Assembly: GCA_013239625.1 (NCBI GenBank)
Contig: MU053629.1
Location: forward strand, 1,825,567 to 1,889,566
Length of the DNA: 64,000 nucleotides
Source of the DNA: Lama guanicoe
Lineage: Eukaryota
Direction: 5' to 3'
Position numbers and translations under genes: made by a program. The notes under the pieces were generated by a model. It was not told where the DNA came from. It searched no databases and saw nothing but the letters and a program-made list of their open reading frames with translations. Below, in pieces: positions 52,440 to 64,000 of this stretch (positions within the stretch are counted from its first letter, which is position 1; the number at the start of each line of letters is the position of its first letter).

Positions 52440-54169
52440 CTACAGAGTGTGTAAAGAGAAAAACACAGAAAGGAAGAGAGAGAAAGAGAGATATTAGTCC
52501 ACAGAGGTGAGATGGAAGCAACTCCCTGTGAGCCATGCAAACATGCAGTATGTGTCTGTGTTTAGTTTCTTCCTCTGGCAAGGCAGGGTGAGCAGGCCCA
52601 AGCCACTCGGGCCCTGCACTGACGTGGAGGGGGCAGGCGTCTGACAGAAACATCCGGTGAGAGCTGGATCTCAGTGAGGGGCAAGGCAAAACAGGAAGAG
52701 CTGGTCGGAGCCCCAGGGGTGGGCTTTCCTGGGCAACTTCCAAGAAGGTAGCAGAAGAAAGAGCATATGGTCCTGCCTGTAAGAATTCAATCAGGCACCA
52801 AGGCTGAGTCATTCTGGTTCCCGTGTGAGGTCTCACCGTGCAGTTTGTTAAGCTAACCTCGCAAACGTTCTGAGGGAAAGAGAAGTCCCCAGCCTTTCGG
52901 TAAGTCCAACCAAAGCAGCCAGCATTTAGCTCTTCCTCTGGAGGGGAGAACAGGCTTAAGAAGTACTTTATCTTACTAGGAGATGTCTCAGTATGGAGAG
53001 TCACTACTCTGGATTAAGGTCTGACTGCCAGAAAAGGGCCTAGACCCCACGCGTGTTAATTCTCAGGGGACATGAGGTCCACACTGGCTAAGTGACAGCC
53101 AAAGTCGGTGAATAACCAAAAATTCCCGTGTTCTTACCAAAACAAAATCAACCAAAAAGCTGCTTTGCCTCAGTGCCCTTTCAATCATACTTAAACAAGG
53201 ACACGTGTCCTGTAGCTAGAGAAAAAGGTAAGTTAGATATTTGTTTATAGAACAAAAACCGAGATCCTGTTGTTTCTCTCCTCCTTTATACAAAACAAGC
53301 TGGATGAGGAATCCAAAACCAAAAGCTTGGAAGTAAAGGTTTCACATCGTCTCCCCAGCAGTACCCTGGCTGAATCTTAATAAAGACAATAGCCCCTTTT
53401 CCCCCCACAAGCAGGCTGTATTAGGGCAAATGGCAGCACAGCTGTGTGCAAGGAGTTGTTTGGGACGCCTGGTGCTTCTCTAGCTGTGACTTCTTCCCGT
53501 GAAAATGATCACGCAGGTGGACACGTGGCTCTTTTCACGTCCCCTCCCCATACACATAGGCCAAGCAGAAAAACACATGGCTGTGCCCTGACAGTGCCCT
53601 GGGTGAGATGGATTGGGAGCTCATGAAATCACTAGGGGAAATCAGCACACAAAATGTCCTAAGCTATGAGCTTTTGGATGACATGTGGTCAAATACTATT
53701 GCTCCTTTCTGGTTTCCACACCTTTTAGAGAGTCTAAACCTGGCACTGGCTGCAAAGAGGCACAGTGGTCCTCTATGCTACGTGGGGAGACTTTAAACTC
53801 TCTTTATATTCTAGGATTTAGGTTACACCAGAACAGAATACACCAGATTGAAATCACTGTGTGAATGGCCCCCTATCTTATACACAGGACACAACACCAC
53901 ACTCACATATACGATTAGTGTACACATTTACCAAAATGAAATGAGATAAAGTGGGTTCAAAGATAAACCTGTAAAGGTCATATTTAAGATTAAAGCCCAT
54001 TCAATGCTGGACTCAAAGTACACTATTAAACCCAGAGCTCAGCTTCTCACCTTCGAAGTAATAACCGTGACAGTGAATTGGGAGCCAGGTGGCAGTGGGG
54101 GTGGCGGTGGGGGTGGGGTGCGCCTTTCTTTCAAGTCTAGACAATGTGTGGATCAGATCACATCCAGCA

Positions 54170-54340
54170 GAGTGGCTCCCAACCTCAGCTGCATACTTAA
54201 ATCACCTGACCTTTAAAAATTACTGATGTTCATGTCACATGCTGATAAATTAAATCAGAATTTCTGGGGCCAGGATTCAGGCATCTGCATTTTCTAACAC
54301 GCCCCAGGTGATTCCAAAGTTCAGCCAAGGTTGAGAACTC
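54170..54340. mobile_element. MER5-like hAT MITE
   Basis: GTGGCTCCCAACCTCAGCTGCATACTTAAATCACCTG...CCCCAGGTGATTCCAAAGTTCAGCCAAGGTTGAGAAC. Confidence 0.75.
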
Positions 54341-55769
54341 AAGAGGGTGCAAGTACCACATTGTTTATTTGGGAGAATGAAGTTTTGTCTTGGAAACTGA
54401 AAAATTGTGGGCACCATTACAATTTCCAAAGTCCCTGAGAATAGGGAGCATGTCTCCTTGCTGGCGTTACAAACTCCCCATGCCTTCCTTATGTATCAGG
54501 GCCTTGTATTAATCAGGAGAGGATCATCTGAAGCTGCCTACAGTCAGCAGGGACTCAACAAGAGAGCGTCCAAGTCATCCTTGTTGCTTTTTATCTACTG
54601 GGGAGGAATCCTCAAGTCCTGGCTTTCCAGGGAAAGGACCACTTGAAAGCAAAGTGAGCTCATCACATAGATAGACGGACAGCAGAGCAGAGGAGAGGGT
54701 GGGGGAGCAGCTGTGCAAAGCTTATCTGGAAGGAAGAAGCAGGTCTTGATTAGCCGCTCATCACCTTTTACTCAGGTGTGAGCATGCTGTGGCTTGTACG
54801 CAGGCTATCTGGGGGCTCCAGAGACCACTTAAGGCACGATATCATTATAAATATGTCGCCTGCTTCTGAGAACAAGATACTGGGAGAGCCTAAATGTCCT
54901 AACAGGGTTTACCAAAACAGTCATCCATATCGGGCTTGGCAGCAGTTACTGATATGTGAAGGACTTCTCTCTCCCTTACCTAAAGTAGTCAGAGTTTTCA
55001 TCTGGACCTGACTTTGGGACGGGGCAAAAAGGGAGAGGAGTGACAGAAATGCCGCTTTTGCAGCAGAATCAGCAGTTACTTCACCTTCTACCCCATCTTC
55101 TAAGAGTTTAAACACAGACCATGCAGAGAGCACCAAGGGGCTGGTGGCAGGGGCAGGGCAACACATTCACATGCAAGAGAAGCAGAAAACAGAGGCAGGG
55201 GGAACCTCCTCACCCTCTTGGGATTCGTGTGATTTCCGTTCCTGCCCGAGACTCTTTCACTCACAGGTGCAGAGACTAGTTTTCTTGACTGATTTATCTG
55301 AGTCTCTCTAAATTCATTTAAATGTGAACAAAATAGCCCTGAAACCCTTGTCTAGAACTACGCATGCTGAGCGGTTAGCCAACAACCAGAAATCGAATGC
55401 TGTTCAGTGTGACCCATGGTTTAGATAAGCAGATTTTTTTCCTCTGTGTCCCTGAGGGAGCAAGAGGCTCCAAGCCCCAAGAAGCTCATGACTACTGTCT
55501 GCTGTCGCTCCTGTACCATGATCCTTTTAGTTCACTATGTCTTTTGCCCCCAGTGGACTAGAAAAAGTGACTGTCTTTCCAGAAATCACAGCTAAAGAAG
55601 GGCGGCGGCAGCCTTAGGGTACCATGCAAAAAAGAAAACGACCAAAGGAAGAAAGCTGTGGACACAAGCATGAGGAGTCCGGTCGGAGATGAGCAGCACA
55701 TGAGAGGAAGAGACAGAGAAAAGGTCTTTCAACCTATGACTCAAGAGCCCCCTTGAAAGACGGACGTAC

Positions 55770-55876
55770 TTAGCTTCCTCCACTACCTCCACCTCGGCGT
55801 GAGCTGTGATTGGCGCGTTCGAGTGGGCTCCCGTGGGGTCGTCAACATTCAGCTCTCCATTGGTTGAGCTAACCAC
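55770..55876 (-). CDS. CSNK1G1: CSNK1G1 penultimate constitutive exon (107 nt); kinase-domain exons lie beyond the window end
   Basis: tttcag|GTGGTT...GCTAA|gtacgt; [35 protein letters not shown](K). Confidence 0.95.
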
Positions 55877-56879
55877 CTGAAACAGAAGGACAGACAGAGT
55901 GTGACAGACACCGTGGTAACAGGAGCCTCCTGCCAGCACCGGAGAGGGTCACTAAGGGAGATTGGGTCTCTAGCTTAGATACTAGCCAGGCAGTGTCTGG
56001 AATGTTTGTTTTCCTAGGTTGGGAGGCCAGATGTCCTAATTTAGGGAGTGTTCCCAGACCCTTATCACGTGAGAACGTAAAATTCATCAATGTGATCACA
56101 TAATGATAAGAACTTTCAAAATGAATGCCTGCTCTGTGTTAGGCACTGTGCTACATTGTGTGTGTGCGTATGAATTCAATCTTCGTGAAAATCCTATGAT
56201 ATAGGTCATATTACTCTCTTCAATTTTACTCTTCTCAGTTTATTATGCTATAATTATACGCAGACTCAGTGATGATGTTAAAAAAATTTCTAAAAAGGAA
56301 ATCAATAGTGAGCATCAGAAACTTATAAGCAATCGCACTCTCCTTCAGAAATTTCTTCACGGCTTTGGACCACTGGTTTGAAGTTTCTCAAATAAAGACT
56401 GCCACATCCTCACTGGTGAGGGGGCACACAGTACAGAGACACTTCCCCTTGGAAGACCGGTCTTATTTCAACAACCTTTATTTCAGGCTCAGTGTCATCT
56501 CATTTCTCACTGACGGTCCCCGAACTGTAACTGAAGGCTCTCACTCCTGTCATCTGGTTAATGTGGACCCGATCAGGCTCCTCTTGCTTGTGCAGCTGCT
56601 TCTGCCACCTGGTCTCATTTCCAGCACATGAGTCCTGTTTATGTGGGTGCTGGGAAGTGGGAAAAGGGACCCCGCTGGGCAAACCACTCTGCTGTTAAAG
56701 ACCTTGGCTGGAACATGGGAGAGAACCACAAAATAGGATAAATGGTTCGGATATCACATGACCTCAGGTAAGTAACTTTTCATCTATGTGAGACTGTTTC
56801 TTATAGGCTGACGTGAGAATTCTACCAAAAAATGTATGAGGCAGGGTCTGGTACGATACCTGGTGCACAATAATGGAGG

Positions 56880-57122
56880 CAGCTTAAGCACAGTAAATAG
56901 GAAATGGGCTCCAGACTTACTCAGCCCTGCGGCTGAGCCCTAGTTCCACCACTTACTTGCTGTGGCTCCTTGGGCAAGATCCTCACTCTTTCTGTGCCTG
57001 AGCTTCCTAATCTGTAAAATGGGGAAACAATGCTGCTTACCTAATTGGGTTACTGTGCAGACAATCCACAGAAAGTGCTTAGCCCATGGTACATGGTAAT
57101 GGCTCAACAAATGTTCATATTA
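56880..57122 (+). mobile_element. MIR SINE
   Basis: CCACCACTTACTTGCTGTGGCTCCTTGGGCAAG...TCTGTGCCTGAGCTTCCTAATCTGTAAAATGGGG (MIR core). Confidence 0.8.
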
Positions 57123-57479
57123 CTCTTATTCTCCCTCCACAAATGTTTGCTCTTATCTCCCTCTAGATCTGGGGTCCTCATCAGCAGTTAATTTGCAAAA
57201 ATCTCCTGCACAGTCATAAAGAGGAAGGTGGAAGGAAGTGTTTAGTATAAGGAGTTTTTGAGGTATTTATTCAAAGAGGAAAGGGCAGGCAAGGTGAATA
57301 CTACTTTCCAGTAGTCTGTGCCCACCATTATTTCTAAACCAGAAATATTTATTGTTCTTATTAATTACACAAGCTTAAAAAATTAAAACAATGCTGTATG
57401 GTTAGTCAAAGAAACAGACAACATTAAATTGGACTTAGCCATGGGAGACCCAAATTTCTGCTAGTGATCAAATTTAGCA

Positions 57480-58100
57480 TTTCTGATTAATGGAAAGCAC
57501 CTGACTGTATCTACCTCCTGACACGATATAAAGAATACTCTATAACATAATCTATGTAGTATTATTGCAAAATAATCTCAGCGTGATGGAAAACAGTGGA
57601 CAGATCTAAAATGCAGGACATTCTAACAGACAACAAACCTGGATTCTTCAGAAAAGACATGCCTCAAAAATCTTTTTTTATTTTTTTAAACACAGGGTGA
57701 CTGTTATAAATTAAAAGAGACTAAGAAATTGAAGAGGCACAGCAATCAAATCCAATGCATGAACCCTGCTTAGACCCTGAACACTGTAAACTTAATTCTG
57801 GAGACAACTGGGGGAATGTGATAGGGACTGTACATTAGATATTATGGCATTACTATTAATTTTTTCAGATGTGACAATGGTATTGTTGGTTATATGAGAG
57901 AATGGCTTCATTCTTAGGAGATGCAGACTGGGGTATTTTGAGATAAAATGCACTTACAGATAGCTTAGAAAACACACCCCCTCCCCGAGTTAAAGCAAAT
58001 ATGGCAAAAATCTTAATAATTTGTTAATCTAGGTTAAGGATACACACCGGCTCACTGCACCACCCTCTACCCCCTACAGATTTGAAAATTTCAAAATGAA
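57480..58100 (+). mobile_element. Old L1 (L1MC/ME-like) 3' fragment
   Basis: AAATGCAGGACATTCTAACAGACAAC...AATTTTTTCAGATGTGACAATGGTATTG...TTCTTAGGAGATGCA...AAAGCAAATATGGCAAAA. Confidence 0.6.
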
Positions 58101-59452
58101 AAGCTGGGAAAAAACCAACAAAAATGAAGTCGAGGACAGGTTTACAGACTGGAGAACCACAATCCCTCATGCCAATGCGGTCCTATTCATCTCCTCAGCC
58201 TACATGTGCTTCTTGTGGGCACATTCTGGCTGCACACTAGTGATAATGCTGGTAAACTCATTCTGTGAGCACGAGGGTTAAGGGAGAAATCTCAGTAAGT
58301 TTCTAAACAAACAATTAAGTAACTAGACAAGATGTTAAAATGTCGTGGCCACTACTAACATGAATGAAGCAAAAGTAAGCACCACCCCTGCAAACTACCT
58401 GGTGACTCTGGGTCACGGCCCAGCTTACAGCATTTCACATGTCTCAGACTCTATAATTTCCCCTTCCTATGTTGCCACTTTGCCCACAAGCAATGTCCTT
58501 GGGCAATCTAAGGAAGAAGTTACCCCATTTTACAGACTAAATATCTTGTCCGTATCAATGAGTATCTGGTCTCAAAAGAATCGGGCACAAAAGGGAATCT
58601 TACCACCAGCTGTCTAACCTTAAACCTGACTTGAAATACACCTAGGGATCAATGGCAACTAACCTGGGTCTCTAAAGCACCCACTTAATTGTTTCAGGTT
58701 GGAAGCAGTTTGTCAAACCACTGAACTGTTGCCTAGATGTGCAGTGGGACAAACACTAGTACTGGTGACCACATTGCTGGATTCCAGCCTGGCTCTACCA
58801 TCAGCATGCTCTGCGAGACTAGGCCAATGGCCTTGCTCCTATTTACCTCATAATTACTGTGGTAGTTAAATGTAATGATGTCAGGAAAGCAATTCAAAAA
58901 ACTGTAAAGAACCTTATGAATGCAATAAATTATTATTTGAAACAGTATCATTTTTATAGTTTTCCATTTTATATTTTAGAATCGTTTAATTAAAAAGTAA
59001 GTTTTATTTGTATACCTGGAATACAGATAATTGATTTTGCTGTGATCACTGACTAATATTAATCCCACAGTCCTCTGGCTGCAGCACACACGACCAAAGC
59101 AATTAACACAGGACCATCCGTGAAAGAGACTAAGGAGAGGTACTACTTTGAACATTAGTCCTTAATATTGGTAACTTTTTTTTTAAGAGCCTCAGAAATT
59201 TAAGTTATTAGCCCCATTTTCAAAATGCTGCCATGAAAAAGAGAGACAGGAAATACCAAAGGAAGCAGTACTTTAGCTGATAATCAACATTACAATCCTA
59301 CTTCTCCAAACTAAAGTATGCGGTAATTCTCTACGTTAGCTTCCCCATCTATAAAACTGGAGTAACACTGACCTCAACAAGAGATGACAACAACTCTAAA
59401 TCATAAAGATTTGAGCAAAGCAAATATTAGCTAAATGTTAAACGTCATTCTT

Positions 59453-59605
59453 TTTTTTATGGGCTTGATTTTATTTTTATTTTTTAATTTTTTTTGGTTT
59501 TGTTGTTTTTGGGGGGGGGGTTATTTTTAGAGGAGGTACTGGGGATTGAACCCAGGACCTCATGCATGCTAAGCACTCACTCTACCACTTGAGCTACCCC
59601 CTCCC
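59453..59605 (-). mobile_element. tRNA-derived SINE with 15-bp target-site duplication (one mismatch)
   Basis: TTAAACGTCATTCTT 59438-59452 and TTAAATGTCATTCTT 59606-59620. Confidence 0.9.
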
Positions 59606-60507
59606 TTAAATGTCATTCTTAAGTCTCATGCCCTTGCTTGGTGCTGGAGATTTCTAAATACTTCCTGTATGTTTTAATTCAAACAACTATAGAGTCATCT
59701 TTCTGAAAGAGAAAAATATTCTGTCTTTTTGAATCTAGGCCTTCCACATGTGGAAGATCTGTGGAAATACTGGAACAGTAAGGACCACAGGGGACCAGCC
59801 CATTCAATGGGCTGAAGTGGGAGTGCCCGTGCGCCCCGTCAGACACTGTCTCCTCACCTTGCTGTTCTGCCCCCCCTACCACGGCCATGGTGTCTGCAGG
59901 TCATCCGCGTTAGGCCAACCACAGCTCCACCACATTAACTTCGGGACGTGAGACAACTCACAAATATATGGCCAGCTGCTGTGCTAGAAAGGTACTGCTG
60001 ATTTGGTTTGTAAAAAGCATAGCCTTTACGAGTTTACAAAAACTGGGGCTAAAACCAAAGAGGCAGATATAGTGAGGAGCATCTGAGTTTAACATAGTTT
60101 TAGGGAAACTGCACAACTGCCTGTCCCCATCCAAGTATCAAGGGAGCTGGGAGAACTTAGTTTTCAGAGAACAGAAGGCGGTTGAATTTTCGAAAGAAAT
60201 TCTAATTGATTCTCAATTCTAATCCACAACCCCTCACAGTGGACAGCAGGAAACACTGTCCAATATGCACCTCTGTGTTCCAGGAACACAGATCCAGGAA
60301 ACAAATCCAGACATGGCTGGCTCTGAGGGGTTTCCCTTTCAAAAATGATCATTTATCTTTGTTTTATTTTCTACTTACAAAGCAAGCATGTTTGTTGTAA
60401 AAAATAAGTTATATATCAAAAAAAGACAACATAAAAAGTACCAGTGTCCAGGGACATCCTCACATGGAAGTGGCTGGTGAGAAATTTGGTAATGCTCCCT
60501 GAGAATA

Positions 60508-60730
60508 GGGTGTGCAAAGTATTTACGTAAAAGGACAAACAGTAAATATTTTAGACTTTGTAAGGTATAGGGTCTGTGTCAAAACTACTCAACTCTGCCA
60601 CTGTACCAAGAAAGCAGCCCCCCCCCCAGCATGTAAACAAATGGGTGTGGCTGTGTTCTTCTAGAACTTGATTTATAAAAGCAGGCGGAGGGTGAGATGC
60701 GGCCCCACTCGTTATGTTGCCCACAACTAC
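60508..60730. mobile_element. MER58A-like hAT MITE
   Basis: GTAAAAGGACAAACAGTAAATATTTTAGACTTTG...AACTACTCAACTCTGCCACTGTACCAAGAAAGCAGCC...AAATGGGTGTGGCTGTGTTC. Confidence 0.75.
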
Positions 60731-60949
60731 TCTACATTCTTCTTTTTCCTTCTGCATACACTAACCTAAGTGTGTGGGTGTGTGTCTGTATTCTCTTTGA
60801 CATATATTATTTTCCCATATATATATGAAAATTAATTAAAATGGGGTCAAATTTATACCCTGTTTTACCACTTGCTTTTCCCACAATACATCTTGGACAT
60901 TTTCCATGATACCCAGAGATCTCTCTCCATGGTATCGCAGTATTTATAT

Positions 60950-61200
60950 TTGTTTAGTTAATGTTGAACTGGGATGTCCTGGAAGTGTAAAATACACACA
61001 CTAGATTTCAAAGACTTGGTTAATAAAAAAAAAGGTTAAATATCTCTAACATTTTTAATAGTGACTACATGTTGAACTGTTTTCGATATACTGGCTTAAA
61101 TATACTATTAAGGTTAGTCTCACCTGTTTTTTTACTTTTTAATGTGATTACTAGACAATTTAAAATTACAAATTAGACTCATTTCTTTTAACAGCATTTT
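60950..61200. mobile_element. MER33-like hAT fossil
   Basis: GAAGTGTAAAATACACACACTAGATTTCAAAGACTT...TCACCTGTTTTTTTACTTTTTAATGTGATTACTAGACAATTTAAAATTACA. Confidence 0.65.
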
Positions 61201-61439
61201 CTAGAACAGATATATTTAATATCTGTGCATTTTTGAGGGATCTTTATCTGAAACTAGATACACTGGATCAAAAAGTGTAGATATTTAAGATTTTCACAGA
61301 TATTGCTAAATTATCCTCCAAAATAGTTCTTTTTCACATTTCAACAATACTAGATAGGCTATTAATAAACTTCAAATTTTTGCAAATAAGATGGCTAAAA
61401 ACTGGTATGTGTGTATATATGTATATGTATTTTTTTTAA

Positions 61440-63620
61440 TTGTTGGGTTTTATTTTTATCAGTTATATAAGTACACTGTAAAGAATCAAATATTTCTACA
61501 AGGAGTCTTAGGAAAAACAGTAGTGTCTTTTCCCCATCCCACTGTTTACTCTTCCTTTACAGCTGATTTCTGTTTTTTACCTCCATATCTCTGAATAACA
61601 TGCATCTTGATTTGTCATTTTTAGGCTCTATAGTCACCTTTTCCATCCTTTTATTCTCCCACTTTAGTTTATACTGTTAATTGTGACCAGACTGATCCTT
61701 GCTGTTTACATTACGACTATGCTGTGCCTTGGAGCATATACCATGGTTCTCTCTCCGTCCCTGTATAATTTTTTGGTTTCCATGTAGTTAATTATCTTTC
61801 AAAACTTACTTTTACTTAGCTTTATATATATATATTTTTGTTAATCACTCATTCTGACCAAACTTTGTCATTTATTTACTTTCAAGATATTCTGACATAC
61901 CCATATCCTAGTCACTTCCTGTTGGTAAACTTGCTCTCAAACCCTCCTGACCACCTGTTTGTGACAGGCTGTCCTCTTCTACTGGAGTACAGCTGTCATC
62001 CTGGGATTTCCTAATTTTACCATTATATTGCTTCTTCCCTGTGTTGGATCTCTTGTTTCCTGGATCCCGTTATTTACTCTTTCTTGGTTTATTCATTTAT
62101 TTTCATAGTGCACATCCTCCTATAGCTTCAGAAGAAAGAATGCATGAGAAGTCTTAATTTTGAGACCACATATTTTTAAAAACATCTTTATTCTATATTC
62201 CAACCTGGTTGACAGTTTGGATGAGTACAGAATTCTCAGTTGGAAATAATTTTCCCTCAGAGTTGTAAAGGCGTTGTTCATTGCCTTCTAGCTCCCAATA
62301 CTGCCTTTCAGAAACCTGAAGTTATATTAAGTTCTGACCCTTTCTTTGCATATGATTGTTTTCTCTTGCTGGAAGCTTGAAGGATCTTCTCTTTGTCCTC
62401 AGTGTTCTGAAATTTCACAATGATGTACCTTCATGTGGCTCTACTATCCATTATGCTGGGCACTTAGTGGGCCCCTTTAAATCTTTATGAGTTCTGGGAA
62501 TTTCTTTTATTAACGATTTCCTCCCCTCCACTTTCTCTGTTGTCTCTGGAATGCCCATTATTTAGAAATCAGATTCCCCTTAAATCTTACATTGTGTTTT
62601 CTCCTATTTTTATCTCTTTGCTCTACTTTCCGGGAGACTTACAACTTTATCTTCCAAACTATTAAGTTTAAAATTTTTCTTTTTTACGTTTTTAATTTCT
62701 AAAAGCTTTTCTGGGGGGGGGCTGCTCTTAGAATGTTCCTTTAAAAGTAGCATCTTTTCCTTGCTTCACAGCTGCAATGTCTTCTGTCTGAGAATTTTAA
62801 TAACAAAGTATTTTTTGTGGCTGCTGTTGTTTGTTTTGGTTTCTATTTTATTCATGGTTTCCCTCTGAAGTCTGATAACGCCTGATTGTTCATATTTAAA
62901 AGTGGGAAAGTGTAAAGTGTGAGTTCAGGGGTGGGACTTACGGATCTCACTGCGGAGTAATCTGACTGGGCCATTTTGTTAGGGAAGCCCTGTTGTCAGT
63001 GTGCTCAGATGTTGTCTTTGGGGCTGGCCAGATTCCCCAGAGAAGACTCAGTCTCCTGCCTGGAAGGTACACACCTGGCTGTCAGCATTTTCAGGTACTA
63101 AATGGGGACAGCAGGCAGTCAGCATGCACACAGGCATTTAATCTCCTGTTTTCCTGTATAGAATTCTGTCCCTAAATGTGCCTCGGACTTTTTAATCCAG
63201 AGACCCTCTATTTTGCCCTCTCCAAAGAACAACAATTTTGGTCTCTGCTGGGGAGGAGAGCATTTAGGGATCTCTGGCTTCCTAAACAGACCTAACCCAA
63301 TCTTCTTTATTTTAGCACATGCCGCTCCGCACCCACCTTCCTCTTATAGAAGGCAAATTTCTGAGCCTTTTGGGGATTCTCTTGTGTAAATAGGCTCTCA
63401 GTTTTCCCCTATATTAGCTTAGAATTCAGTTTTCTTGGGACTCCTAAGTCATTTAATAATTGCCCAACTGCTTTCCAGCTTCTAACATTTGATTCTGTTG
63501 CCTCCTCTTCTGTTTTCTCCATCCTTACATGGATTAATGCCTTAAAAAAATCTCTTTATCATTCTTTTAATGTTGTTTCAGGAGGAGATGAGAGTAGATC
63601 TGTATGTTCAGCCCATCATT
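61440..63620 (-). mobile_element. Ancient L1/HAL1-like LINE fragment
   Basis: Pyrimidine-rich antisense ORF1-type phrases (GACAGTTTGGATGAGTACAGAATTCTCAGTTGGAAATAATTTTCCCTCAG; GTTCTGAAATTTCACAATGATGTACCT); no intact ORF. Confidence 0.55.
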
Positions 63621-64000
63621 TTTACCTGGATGTTCCTACAGGAACACCTTCGGTTTACAGGACTGAAGCTATCTCGAAGCTGTCTAACTTCCTGAGAATA
63701 ACACAATCTTCATGTAAAGGCGTATCCTAGACAATCCAGCCTATCAAGATGCATTTCTATGTGCAACTGGCACGCCTATCACTTTATAAGAATTTATATT
63801 TGGTAGCTCTGGGTTCACTTGTGTGTCCCAACAGCTGATGTTATGTACCAGTATGAGAAAAATATTTAGATTAAGAGTTTTAAAATAGTGATATATATGA
63901 AAAGTTAAGAGGCACAAGATGTTCTTAAGTACAAGAGAGACTTGAGATTCAAAATAGTCCAAGTGAAATCAGAAATAATTCTCTGAGATGACACTTTTTC

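Overview
This is mammalian genomic DNA, not prokaryotic. It is probably from a camelid, judging by a recurrent short tRNA-derived SINE, although that assignment is from memory. The window holds the conserved SNX1-SNX22-PPIB-CSNK1G1 block. SNX1 (+): coding exons 3-15, stop at 18994. SNX22 (+): complete, 7 exons, 193 aa. PPIB/cyclophilin B (-): complete, 5 exons, 216 aa, convergent with SNX22. CSNK1G1 (-): the last exons and a ~5.9 kb 3'UTR. All exon boundaries were read from GT-AG sites and checked for frame continuity. The rest is old interspersed repeats (MER20, MER5, MER58, MER33, MLT1, L1, L2, MIR), seven young SINE copies and one 36-N assembly gap. I found no wholly new biological system. 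The best signals are RNA-processing features invisible to the ORF track: (1) a 24-nt CSNK1G1 microexon that rewrites the sequence next to the C-terminal CCC motif; (2) an alternative SNX1 terminal exon overlapping the downstream element of the proximal poly(A) site; (3) a near-palindromic, possibly bidirectional 3'-end region shared by SNX22 and PPIB. Gene and repeat-family names come from recognition, not from database searches.
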